Shown here piece after piece: positions 1 to 11,994 of a stretch of 24,000 nucleotides of DNA; positions within the stretch are counted from its first letter, which is position 1; the number at the start of each line of letters is the position of its first letter. The notes beneath the pieces were generated by a model. It had not been told where the DNA came from. It searched no databases and was given only the letters and a program-made list of their open reading frames with translations. The position numbers were made by a program, and so were the translations under genes. Source of the stretch: Crossiella equi (GTDB lineage: Bacteria > Actinomycetota > Actinomycetes > Mycobacteriales > Pseudonocardiaceae); the NCBI RefSeq assembly GCF_017876755.1, contig NZ_JAGIOO010000001.1, positions 2,937,786-2,961,785 on the forward strand, given 5' to 3'.

Positions 1-1584
1 CTTGGTGAGCTCGGGGCTGAGCGCGTCGGCGGGGCCCTTCTCGCACTTGGCGGACTCGGCGAGGGCACCGGCGAGCTGCCGGGTGCAGCTGGTGAAACCC
101 TTGTCGTCCATGCTGGGCTGGCCCTGGCACTCCTGCGCGGTGGGCAGTGCGGGACCGCTGAAGGCCCAGACGCCGAGCACCACGGCGAGCACCACGACCA
201 CCGCTGCGGCGATCCCGCCGACCAGGAGCTTGGGGTTGCGGGGCTTGGGGTTGCGGGGCTTGGGGTTGCGGGGCTTGGGCGCGGCCACGGCCTGCCCGGG
301 GTAGCCGCCCCCGTGCGGGGCGTACCCCGGCTGCTGCTGCACCGGGTAGCCGGGCGGCGGCGTGGGCTGCCCGGGGTAGCCGGGGACCTGGGCGGGCTGC
401 GTGACGTGCGCGGGTTGGGTCACGTGGGCGGGCTGGGTGACGTGCGGCTGCTGGTACCCGGGCGGCGCCTGGTGGGTGACCGCGGGCGGCATCTCCCCGG
501 TCCGGATGGCCCCGCCGTCGTGGGGCACGTGGTGCACCCCCATGGCCACGGCCGTCTCGGGCTGGTCCAGGCTGGTCGGCACGACCCGCAACCGGTCGGC
601 GATGAGCTGCGCGACCAAGGGGATCCGGCTGGACCCGCCCACCAGGTAGATCCCGGCCAGCTGCTCGGGCGTGACCCCGGCACGCTGGATGGTCGTCCCG
701 AGCAGCTCGACACTGCGCAGCATGCTGGGCCGGATCAGTGCCTCCAGCTCGGCGCGGGAGACCAGGACGTCGGAGAACTCCTCCGGCATCGGCACCTCGG
801 TCTGCTGGTGCCGGGACAGCACCTCCTTGGCCTCCCGGACGTCCTCCAGCAACGTCCGACGGGCCCGCCGGTCCGCGGTGGACTCGGGCCGCAACAACCG
901 CTGCCACCGCCCGGGATCCCGGAAGGACACCTCCCGCCCGACGTGCACGAGCAGGGCGTGGTCGACATCGAGCCCCCCGAGATCGGGCAACCCGTCCTCG
1001 GCCAGCACCACAAAGCCCTCGTTGGTCACTCCGACCACGGCCACGTCGAAGGTCCCGGCCCCGAGGTCGTACACGGCGAGCGCCTGCCCGGGCGCGAGCT
1101 CCCGGTCCGGCACGGACGCGAAGTGCGCGGCGGCGGCGACGGGCTCGGGCACGAGCACGAGGTTGGGCCCGAGCCCGGCGAGCCGGGCGGCGGAGATGAG
1201 GGCGTTGCGCCGCACGGCCCCCCACTGCGCGGGGTGCGTGAGCCGAACCTCGTCGGGCATCCCACCGTTGAGCTGCCGCGACACCTCCTTGGCCACCCGC
1301 TCCAACACGGCGGCCAGGGCATCGGTCACCGTGAGCACGGTGGTCCCGAGGAGCAACGTGGTCTCGTCGATGCGCCGCTTCGGGTTGGGCTCGAACCGGG
1401 ATGGATCGAGCCGCGCCTGCCGCTCGGCATCCCGCCCCACCAGGAGCGTGCCGTCCTCGTTAGCGTAGACGGCCGAGGGCATGGTGGCCGACCCGTCGAC
1501 CTCGATCACCCGCGGCGGAAGACCACGAGTGGACAACACCGCGACGGTGTTGGATGTGCCCAGGTCGACTGACAGGACGCGCAC
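1..1584 (-). CDS. Hsp70-family ATPase (actin-like nucleotide-binding domain) fused to Pro/Gln-rich repeats, one TM helix and a Cys-containing extracytoplasmic tail; 3' end runs off the window
   Basis: Not in the ORF track because there is no stop inside the window. GTG at 1584 is preceded by GAAGGGAAG. My minus-strand translation reads VRVLSVDLGTSNTVAV ... AVYDLGAGTFDV ... IYLVGGSSRIP (Hsp70 phosphate-1, phosphate-2 and adenosine motifs). It continues HVTQPA x3, PRNPK x3, LLVGGIAAAVVVVLAVVLGVWAF (TM), then ...CQGQPSMDDKGFTSC...CEKGP. The frame stays open through position 1. The + ORF 313..1572 is its antisense shadow. Confidence 0.8.
   Translation of the reverse strand, partial: MRVLSVDLGTSNTVAVLSTRGLPPRVIEVDGSATMPSAVYANEDGTLLVGRDAERQARLDPSRFEPNPKRRIDETTLLLGTTVLTVTDALAAVLERVAKEVSRQLNGGMPDEVRLTHPAQWGAVRRNALISAARLAGLGPNLVLVPEPVAAAAHFASVPDRELAPGQALAVYDLGAGTFDVAVVGVTNEGFVVLAEDGLPDLGGLDVDHALLVHVGREVSFRDPGRWQRLLRPESTADRRARRTLLEDVREAKEVLSRHQQTEVPMPEEFSDVLVSRAELEALIRPSMLRSVELLGTTIQRAGVTPEQLAGIYLVGGSSRIPLVAQLIADRLRVVPTSLDQPETAVAMGVHHVPHDGGAIRTGEMPPAVTHQAPPGYQQPHVTQPAHVTQPAHVTQPAQVPGYPGQPTPPPGYPVQQQPGYAPHGGGYPGQAVAAPKPRNPKPRNPKPRNPKLLVGGIAAAVVVVLAVVLGVWAFSGPALPTAQECQGQPSMDDKGFTSCTRQLAGALAESAKCEKGPADALSPELTK
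229..279 (-). repeat. In-frame 15-bp tandem repeat, 3 full units plus a partial one (cttggggttgcgggg), encoding (PRNPK)3 just before the TM helix
   Basis: Units at 229-243, 244-258 and 259-273 are identical; a partial unit covers 274-279. Confidence 0.9.
391..444 (-). repeat. In-frame imperfect 18-bp tandem repeat x3 encoding HVTQPA HVTQPA HVTQPA
   Basis: The reverse complement reads cac gtc acc cag ccc gcc / cac gtg acc caa ccc gcg / cac gtc acg cag ccc gcc. The units differ only at synonymous third positions. Confidence 0.85.
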
Positions 1585-1718
1585 AGGTCTTCCCTTCACC
1601 CGGCTAGCTGCGGGGGTGATGCTGCCATGTCCGAACGGAGCAGTGTGGGCGGATCCCCGAACTCGGGAACCGTGTCGGCCAGGCACAGCGCCTTTGGCGT
1701 TGGCCGCGGAGCAGCCGA

Positions 1719-2291
1719 TCAAGAACCGGCGTTCCCAGGTCGTGCCCGAACGTGCATCTTCTCCCCCTGCGGCCCGAACAGGCTCAGAATCTCCACCGGC
1801 CCTTCCCCGGTAGACCCGAACCAGTGGGGCAACCGGGTGTCGAACTCCGCCGCCTCCCCGACCTTCAGCACGATGTCGTGATCGGCCAGCACCAACCGCA
1901 GTTTCCCGCTGAGCACGTACAGCCACTCATAACCCTCATGTGTCCGGGGATCCGGCTTGTCGCGCTTGGCCTCGATGACCATCTTGAACGCCTGCAAACC
2001 CCCCGGCTGCTGCGACAGCGGCAGGATCGTCGAGTCATGGTGCTTCATCGGCTTCAACCGCACCCGGGGATCCCCCACCGGCGGCGCCCCGACCAGCTCA
2101 TCCAGCGGAACCTGGTGGGCGTGCGCGATCGGCAGCAGGAGCTCCAGGCTCGGCTTGCGCTGACCCGACTCCAGCCGCGACAGGGTGCTGACCGAGATAC
2201 CCGTGGCCCGCGAGAGAGCCGCCAGGGTCGCGCCGCGCTGCTGCCGGATGTGTTTGAGCCTGGGGCCTACCGCCGCGAGCACGTCTTCCAT
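1719..2291 (-). CDS. XRE-family HTH transcriptional regulator with C-terminal cupin domain
   Basis: 190-aa ORF. N-terminal HTH: LKHIRQQRGATLAALSRATGISVSTLSRLESGQRKPSLELLLPIAHA. C-terminal cupin-like segment: HEGYEWLYVLSGKLRLVL...GEAAEFDTRLPHWF. ATG at 2291. Confidence 0.85.
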   Translation of the reverse strand: MEDVLAAVGPRLKHIRQQRGATLAALSRATGISVSTLSRLESGQRKPSLELLLPIAHAHQVPLDELVGAPPVGDPRVRLKPMKHHDSTILPLSQQPGGLQAFKMVIEAKRDKPDPRTHEGYEWLYVLSGKLRLVLADHDIVLKVGEAAEFDTRLPHWFGSTGEGPVEILSLFGPQGEKMHVRARPGNAGS

Positions 2292-2312
2292 CCATCTATT
2301 GCAGAAACAGCA

Positions 2313-2323
2313 ACAAAGTTTGT
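2313..2323. promoter_or_regulatory. Candidate operator: 5-1-5 palindrome ACAAA-G-TTTGT in the AT-richer 65-bp divergent intergenic region (2292-2356)
   Basis: Read directly. It lies between the divergent XRE-cupin and methyltransferase starts. The palindrome is short, so chance occurrence is possible. Confidence 0.25.
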
Positions 2324-2356
2324 CAAGTTGGCGGGGTCAGGCGCACCCTGGCCACC

Positions 2357-3232
2357 ATGAGCGAGCACAAGCACGGCCACGGACATGGGCACGGCCACGG
2401 CCACGACGACGCCTTCGACTGGAGCCGGATGGCCGATCTCCTGGAGAACGAGGGCGAGGTGCACAGCCCGTACGTCCGCCAGGCCTTCGACGAGCTCCGC
2501 GACCTCAGGCCCCGCCGCGTCCTCGACATCGGTGCCGGACCCGGCGTCGCCGCCTGTCGGCTCGCCGAGGTGTTCCCCGAGGCCGAGGTGGTCGCCGTCG
2601 ACGGCAGTGCCGAGCTGCTCCACCGGGCACAGGACCGCGCCAAGCGGCTCGGCGTCCGGCTCACCACCGTCCAGGCCGAGTTCCCCGACGACCTCGCCTC
2701 GCTCGGGGAGGCCGATCTCGTGTGGTCCGGGCAGGTCGTGCACCACGTCGGGGACCAGCTCGGCACGCTCCGGCAGCTCGCCGGGCTGCTGCGACCGGGT
2801 GGGGTGCTGGCCATCGTCGAGGGTGGGTTGCCCGCCCGGTTCCTGCCCCGCGACCTCGGGTTCGGGACGCCCGGCTTCCAGGTCCGGCTCGACCTGGCGC
2901 AGAACGAGCGGTTCAACCGGATGCGGGAGGAGCTGCCCGGGACGGTTCGGGTGGTGGAGCACTGGCCCGCTCTGCTCCTCGAGGCCGGGCTGGTCCAGGC
3001 GCGTACGCGCACCTTCCTGGTTGAGCACCAGGCGCCCGTGGCCGACGGGGTTCGGGAGCACGTGCGGAAGCTGCTGGAGCGGTACGAGTCGCTGGCCGGG
3101 GAACAGCTGTCCGAAGAGGACGCCACGACCCTGGCCCGGCTGCTCGACCCCGCCGATCCCGCCGGGGTGGACAACCGGGCTGACGTGTTCTTGACCACCG
3201 CCAAGTCGGTGCACTACGGGCGCAAACCCTGA
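2357..3232 (+). CDS. Class I SAM-dependent methyltransferase with N-terminal His/Gly-rich tail
   Basis: 291 aa. Motif I is VLDIGAGPGVAA. A further segment reads LRPGGVLAIVE. The N-terminus is MSEHKHGHGHGHGHGHDD. GC3 is high. Confidence 0.8.
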   Translation: MSEHKHGHGHGHGHGHDDAFDWSRMADLLENEGEVHSPYVRQAFDELRDLRPRRVLDIGAGPGVAACRLAEVFPEAEVVAVDGSAELLHRAQDRAKRLGVRLTTVQAEFPDDLASLGEADLVWSGQVVHHVGDQLGTLRQLAGLLRPGGVLAIVEGGLPARFLPRDLGFGTPGFQVRLDLAQNERFNRMREELPGTVRVVEHWPALLLEAGLVQARTRTFLVEHQAPVADGVREHVRKLLERYESLAGEQLSEEDATTLARLLDPADPAGVDNRADVFLTTAKSVHYGRKP

Positions 3233-3241
3233 CCTGGTGGC

Positions 3242-3574
3242 ATGCTGGCCGTCGTGTTGTGGAACGTCATCAGCGGTGTGCTCGCCGTGGTCGCGATCGC
3301 CCTGCTCGTCTTCGGCCAGTCCGGCACCGCCACCGCGCTGCTCTTGGTCGCCGTGGTCATGAGCATGATCGGGTCCTACCAGGCGACGAAGAAGCGGGAA
3401 CGGGAGTTCCGGGCACGGTTTCACTCGGTCGAGCGGATTCTGGAGACGCATGACCTCGATGAGGTGAAGGAGCTCCGGGCGGAGCGGGGTGAGGTGGTCG
3501 CGGTGCGGGCCGTCCGGCGGCACTTCCCCGGTATCTCGCTCACCGACGCGGTCGCACTCGTGCGCGCGCTGTAA
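3242..3574 (+). CDS. Small membrane protein (two predicted TM helices) with a C-terminal segment resembling the ribosomal L7/L12 C-terminal fold
   Basis: 110 aa with very high GC3. Hydrophobic N-terminal half: VVLWNVISGVLAVVAIALLVF ... ALLLVAVVMSMIG. The tail EVKELRAERGEVVAVRAVRRHFPGISLTDAVALVRAL resembles the IKxVRExTGxxLxEAKxLV pattern. That resemblance is an inference. Confidence 0.65.
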   Translation: MLAVVLWNVISGVLAVVAIALLVFGQSGTATALLLVAVVMSMIGSYQATKKREREFRARFHSVERILETHDLDEVKELRAERGEVVAVRAVRRHFPGISLTDAVALVRAL

Positions 3575-3604
3575 CAACGGCGCCAGCCGGTCCGACGGCC
3601 GGGT

Positions 3605-4876
3605 GTGACTCCTCGTCGCCACCCGGTCGCGGGCCGCCGCCAGCCCCACCCGGCCGCGGGCCGTCCCCGGTACCGCCGACCCGGGTTCCTCGCCGGGGCC
3701 GTCGCCGCGGTCAGCCTGCTCGTCGCCGTCATCGCGCTCTGGCCCGCCTTCGGCAGCTACCTGGCCCTGGACAGCAGCCTGTCCGTGGCCAAGGTGGCCG
3801 TGGCGGACAGGCAGGCCGAGTACTCCGCCCGGGACGTCGAGGCAGGCACCGCCACCGACGGCAAGGCCGACGTCGCCACCCTCGACATCACCCTGGCCAA
3901 CGCGGGCCAGCGCGCGGGCGTGGTCAACCGGGTCGAGCTCCGGGTGCACAACGTCTGGGCCCCGGCCTGCGGCGGGGGCGGCGGGCTGACCACCAGCGTG
4001 CGCTACGACTTCCTGCTGCCCGGCGACATCGCGGGCCTGCCCAAACCGCACCCGCTGTCCCGCACCGCACCCCAGTTCCAGGTGGAGGGCCTCAAGAACG
4101 ACGTGCTCGGCATCTCGGTCGGGCCCGAGCACCTCGGCGAGCTGGCCTGGAACTGGCTCGTCGACTTCTCCGTGACGCTGCACCAGAACGACGGCCCGCC
4201 CCTGGACGCCGGGCGCGCGGTGCTCATGGACCGCGACCGCCTCGACGACGTGCTCAACCTGGTCGGCACCTTCGACCACTACGGCGACGCGAACATGATC
4301 GCCACCAACAAGGAGTGCGCCTACCGGGCGGTGCGCACCCTGGACACCGCGCTCGCGGTGCCCACCGACCGCAAGTCCCCGGCCATCCAGGAGCTCCGCG
4401 ACGGCCTGGCCGAGCTCGGCTACGCCCCCGGCGCGCCCGCCCCCACCACCTCGGCGGCGCCGTCCGGTCCGATGGACTCCATCCCGCTCAGCACCCCGGC
4501 CGCGCCCACCCCCTCCGCCGCGCCCGGTTCCCCGCCGGACCAGCGCCGCTGGGTCGCCCAGCTCGCCTCCCTGCCCGGCGAGACCACCCCGGCCGAACGG
4601 GAACGCGCCCGCGCCGACCACCAGCACCGCCTCGGCGCCGAGGTCAAGGTGCTGGAGAGCAGCCGCTACCCGTCCCTGGTGCCCGGCTACTGGGTGCTCT
4701 ACCAGCCCGGCCCGTTCCCCGACGGCAGCGCGGCGCTGGCCTTCTGCCACGACCGGGGCTTCCGCACGGAGAGCTCCTGCGTCGGCCGCTATCTCGGTAC
4801 CAGCCCCGAGCAACGCGTGCTCACCTGCCCGTTCTCGGCCAACGGAAGCCGCCGCAACTGCTACGGACCGGTCTGA
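3605..4876 (+). CDS. Membrane-anchored hypothetical protein (Arg-rich N-terminus, one TM, Pro/Ala-rich linker, Cys-containing C-terminal domain)
   Basis: 423 aa with a GTG start at 3605. TM segment: FLAGAVAAVSLLVAVIALWPAF. Linker: APGAPAPTTSAAPSGP...TPAAPTPSAAPGSPP. The C-terminal stretch WVAQLASL...YWVLYQPGPFPDGSAALAFC has a SPOR-like pattern, which is only weakly supported. The start codon is uncertain. Confidence 0.6.
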   Translation: MTPRRHPVAGRRQPHPAAGRPRYRRPGFLAGAVAAVSLLVAVIALWPAFGSYLALDSSLSVAKVAVADRQAEYSARDVEAGTATDGKADVATLDITLANAGQRAGVVNRVELRVHNVWAPACGGGGGLTTSVRYDFLLPGDIAGLPKPHPLSRTAPQFQVEGLKNDVLGISVGPEHLGELAWNWLVDFSVTLHQNDGPPLDAGRAVLMDRDRLDDVLNLVGTFDHYGDANMIATNKECAYRAVRTLDTALAVPTDRKSPAIQELRDGLAELGYAPGAPAPTTSAAPSGPMDSIPLSTPAAPTPSAAPGSPPDQRRWVAQLASLPGETTPAERERARADHQHRLGAEVKVLESSRYPSLVPGYWVLYQPGPFPDGSAALAFCHDRGFRTESSCVGRYLGTSPEQRVLTCPFSANGSRRNCYGPV

Positions 4877-4884
4877 CGCGCGGA

Positions 4885-4907
4885 TTGTCGGGGTCCCGGG
4901 CAAGGAT
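4885..4907 (+). promoter_or_regulatory. RecA-NDp / PafBC-type DNA-damage promoter candidate for lhr, implying a leaderless transcript
   Basis: TTGTCGGGG (4885-4893), 8 nt, AAGGAT (4902-4907), 6 nt, then ATG (4914). The mycobacterial RecA-NDp motif is tTGTCRgtg-N8-TAnnnT. The -10 keeps the A at position 2 and the T at position 6 but lacks the first T. Confidence 0.45.
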
Positions 4908-4913
4908 GGGGGC

Positions 4914-9476
<4,563 letters not shown>

Positions 9477-9494
9477 CCCGCCAAAATCATTTCC

Positions 9495-9932
9495 ATGGGG
9501 ATTCGCGGGAGCAACTCCGTGGTGGGTGGCCTGGCCGTCGTGCTGGTGGCGGCGGCCGTGCTGGCCATCCCGGTGTGGCTGTTCACCGGGCTGTTCGACA
9601 CGGCCTCCGCCGAGGAGAACGCGGCCGCCGACGCCGCCAAGAAGGCCAACACCCTGGGCGAGTCCCTCCACCGCCAGCGCCTGGCCGCCGCCTCCGAGCA
9701 CACCCGGGCCGCGCAGTCCCAGAAGGGCGTCGAGGTGCTGCGCACCGAGGGCGTGTCCCGCGACCTGGGCGGCGTCTCGCTGCTGGTGCGCGTCACCGGC
9801 GAGGGCTGGCGGACCAACTGGATGGTCGGCGACCGCCGGGTGGGCCCGCCGGAGTCCACCGCGGTGCGCTGCTACACGATCGCGCTGAACAAGCCGGGCC
9901 AGCCGCTCACCAGCCCGGCGGCCTGCCCGTAG
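9495..9932 (+). CDS. Hypothetical membrane-anchored/secreted protein
   Basis: 145 aa with nearly 100% GC3. N-terminal TM/signal anchor VVGGLAVVLVAAAVLAIPVWLF. Two Cys residues near the C-terminus. Starts 18 nt after the lhr stop, so probably co-transcribed. Confidence 0.7.
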   Translation: MGIRGSNSVVGGLAVVLVAAAVLAIPVWLFTGLFDTASAEENAAADAAKKANTLGESLHRQRLAAASEHTRAAQSQKGVEVLRTEGVSRDLGGVSLLVRVTGEGWRTNWMVGDRRVGPPESTAVRCYTIALNKPGQPLTSPAACP

Positions 9933-9955
9933 AGCCGGGGCCGGGCCGGTCCGAC

Positions 9956-10945
9956 CTAGAACAGTTCCGGGTAGGCATTGAGCGCGGGCTGTCCGCCGAG
10001 GTGGGCGTAGAGCACAGTCGAGTCTGCCGGGATCTCCTTGCGCGCCACCAGGTCCACCAGCCCGGCCATGGACTTGCCCTCGTACACCGGGTCGGTGATC
10101 ATGCCTTCGACCCGGGCGGCCAGCCGCATGGCCTCCAGGGTCCGCTCGTCCGGCAGCCCGTAGTGCCCGGCGTGGTAGCGCTCGTCCAGGACGAGGTCCC
10201 CGGCCGGGATCTCCTTGTCCAGCAAGGCCCCGGTGCGCTCGGCGATCCGCCACACCTGCTCCCGGGTGGCCTCGGGCGCGGCGGAGGCGTCGATGCCGAT
10301 CACGCGCCGCGCGGGTCCCCCGGCGAACCCGGCGATCATCCCCGCCTGCGTGGACCCGGTCACCGAGCACACCACCACGGTGTCGAAGAAGACCCCGAGC
10401 TCCCGCTCCTGCGCCGCGACCTCCTCGGCCCACGAGGCGAACCCGAGCCCGCCGAGCGGGTGGTCACTGGCCCCGGCCGGAATGGCGTAGGGCTTGCCCC
10501 CGGCCGCGCGCACCTCCGCCAGGGCGTTCTCCCAGCTGGGCCGGTACCCGATGTCGAACCCGGCGGCCGACCGCCGGATCTCGGCCCCGAGCATGCGGCT
10601 GAGCTGCAGGTTCCCCACCTGCTCGGAGGTGTTGTGCTCGACCCAGTCCTCCTGCACGAGCACGGCGCGCAGCCCGGCGACCGCGGCCGCGGCGGCCACC
10701 TGCCGGGTGTGGTTGGACTGCACCCCGCCGATCGAGACGAGCGTGTCGCACCCCTGGGCCAGGGCCTCGGCGACGAGGTACTCCAGCTTCCGGGTCTTGT
10801 TGCCCCCGTAGGCGAGCCCGGAGTTGCAGTCCTCCCGCTTGGCCCAGATCCGCGCCCCACCGAGGTGGGCGGACAGCCGCCGCAGCTCGTGCACGGGCGA
10901 GGGCCCGAACAGCAGCGGGTACCGGTCGAACTCGGCAAGCCTCAT
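9956..10945 (-). CDS. acdS: 1-aminocyclopropane-1-carboxylate (ACC) deaminase
   Basis: Trimmed from ORF 9956..11161 to the ATG at 10945 ([17 protein letters not shown]). PLP lysine motif [13 protein letters not shown], then [10 protein letters not shown], then [10 protein letters not shown]...[19 protein letters not shown]. The YE and HLGG contexts carry the Glu/Leu pair that separates true AcdS from D-cysteine desulfhydrase. Confidence 0.85.
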   Translation of the reverse strand: MRLAEFDRYPLLFGPSPVHELRRLSAHLGGARIWAKREDCNSGLAYGGNKTRKLEYLVAEALAQGCDTLVSIGGVQSNHTRQVAAAAAVAGLRAVLVQEDWVEHNTSEQVGNLQLSRMLGAEIRRSAAGFDIGYRPSWENALAEVRAAGGKPYAIPAGASDHPLGGLGFASWAEEVAAQERELGVFFDTVVVCSVTGSTQAGMIAGFAGGPARRVIGIDASAAPEATREQVWRIAERTGALLDKEIPAGDLVLDERYHAGHYGLPDERTLEAMRLAARVEGMITDPVYEGKSMAGLVDLVARKEIPADSTVLYAHLGGQPALNAYPELF

Positions 10946-11595
10946 GACGCACTCCCGTCCTGGTGGGCGACGAGGGTCGCCCAGTTGGCCTCGACCAGCG
11001 CCCCGGCCCGCGCGGCGTCCCCGGCGGCACAGGCGCTGACGATCTCCTCGTGCATCCGCACGGACTCCCGGGCAGCCGAGGAGTCGAAGCGCAGCAGCAC
11101 AACCCGGTGCAGCACGGGCAGGTACCGCCCGATGGTGTCCGCCACGGCACCGTTCCCGCACGCGTTGACGGCCACGTCGTGGAAGGCCTCGTCGGCGGCC
11201 AGGGCCGCGAGCGCGTCCTCGGCGGCCAGCGCGGCGGCGAACACCTCGTTGGCCTGCCGCATGGCCCCGATCTCGGCGGCCCCGAGCCGGGGCACGGCCA
11301 GCCGGGCGGCCACGGCCTGCATGGCCTGCACCACGACCTGGGCATCCCGCACCACCACGGGATCCACGGCGGTCACCCGGGTGTAGCTGTGCGGCTTGGT
11401 CTCGACCAGCCCCTCGTCCGCCAGCCGGGCAAGCGCTTCCCGCACCGGCGTCCGCGACAACCCGAGCCGCTCCGCCAGGTCCACATCCCGGATGATCTCC
11501 CCGGGCGCCAGGTCCCCGACCACGATGGCGTGCCGGATCGCCGCCAGTGCCCGGTCCCGCAACAGCGACCGGTCGACCCGACTAATATATTGCAT
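10942..11595 (-). CDS. GntR-family transcriptional regulator (FadR-like, FCD C-terminal domain); likely AcdS regulator
   Basis: 217 aa. wHTH: [29 protein letters not shown]. All-helical C-terminal domain. Its stop overlaps the acdS start as ATGA (10942-10945), which suggests translational coupling. Confidence 0.85.
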   Translation of the reverse strand: MQYISRVDRSLLRDRALAAIRHAIVVGDLAPGEIIRDVDLAERLGLSRTPVREALARLADEGLVETKPHSYTRVTAVDPVVVRDAQVVVQAMQAVAARLAVPRLGAAEIGAMRQANEVFAAALAAEDALAALAADEAFHDVAVNACGNGAVADTIGRYLPVLHRVVLLRFDSSAARESVRMHEEIVSACAAGDAARAGALVEANWATLVAHQDGSAS

Positions 11596-11832
11596 ATCAC
11601 GACGGTAGCCGACGGTCCCCGGCGAGCGGAAGACCCGGGCTCAGACGGTGCCGACGATCCGGCCGAGCGGGTGCGCGCGGGCGACGGGCGCGGCGAGCCG
11701 TCCCGCGCCGGTGGCGGGACGGTGATCGAGACCAGCCTGCCGTCGGGGCACAGGCCGCGGGCCGCCGATGGCCTCCTGACGGCGAGCCGTGTGACGACAC
11801 GTCGCGGTCCGGCGCGGCGGAGGTGCACGGTC

Positions 11833-11910
11833 CCGCACACGCACCAGCCCGCGCCCCAAGTCCTGGGGCGCGGGTTGCTGGTGTCTCGGCCGGGGTGCGC
11901 TCGTGTGCGG
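11833..11910. repeat. Extended imperfect inverted repeat (about 26 bp of pairing) in the rsr-GntR intergenic region
   Basis: CCGCACACG (11833-11841) pairs with CGTGTGCGG (11902-11910). CACCAG (11842-11847) pairs with CTGGTG (11878-11883). CCCGCGCCCCA (11848-11858) pairs with TGGGGCGCGGG (11864-11874), with loop AGTCC. There is a 3-nt bulge and an 18-nt internal loop. Confidence 0.6.
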
Positions 11911-11948
11911 CACCGGGGCCGGTGGGGGAAAAGTTGTTGGCGCCCGGG

Positions 11949-11983
11949 CCGGGCCGAGCCGTCCCCGTGAGGGCTCGGCCCGG
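11949..11983 (-). terminator. Probable rsr terminator hairpin (12-bp GC stem, 11-nt loop)
   Basis: CCGGGCCGAGCC (11949-11960) is complementary to GGCTCGGCCCGG (11972-11983). It starts 12 nt after the rsr stop. On the minus strand a short UUUU lies about 17 nt downstream, so there is no canonical adjacent U-tail. Confidence 0.45.
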
Positions 11984-11994
11984 GTCCCGGGCGG

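Noticed and set aside
229-444. Tandem repeats as a CRISPR array or minisatellite locus
   Set aside because: The units (15 and 18 bp) are contiguous with no spacers, are in frame, and lie inside the Hsp70-like CDS. They are coding peptide repeats.
2320-2348. RecA-NDp-like TTGTCAAGT upstream of the methyltransferase; also TTGTC motifs at 20178-20190 and 23290-23300 on the minus strand
   Set aside because: No TAnnnT-like hexamer follows at the required 8-nt spacing. The minus-strand instances point into the 3' ends of genes.
11581-11600. AT-rich island (actaatatattgcatatc) as a GntR operator palindrome
   Set aside because: Only an ATAT-N3-ATAT pseudo-dyad is present, with no match to the GT-N-AC type core of FadR-like operators. 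It overlaps the annotated ATG, so it is noted only as start-codon uncertainty.
11641-11840. Possible degraded gene in the rsr-GntR gap: near-100% GC3 in one minus frame at 11641-11700 (..RLAAPVARAHPLGRIVGTV*) and high GC3 in another at 11700-11760 (RGLCPDGRLVSITVPP)
   Set aside because: There is no start codon at proper SD spacing (AGGAGG lies 20 nt from the only GTG). The frames disagree and the products are low-complexity. Treated as non-coding, although a frameshifted remnant cannot be excluded without a database search.
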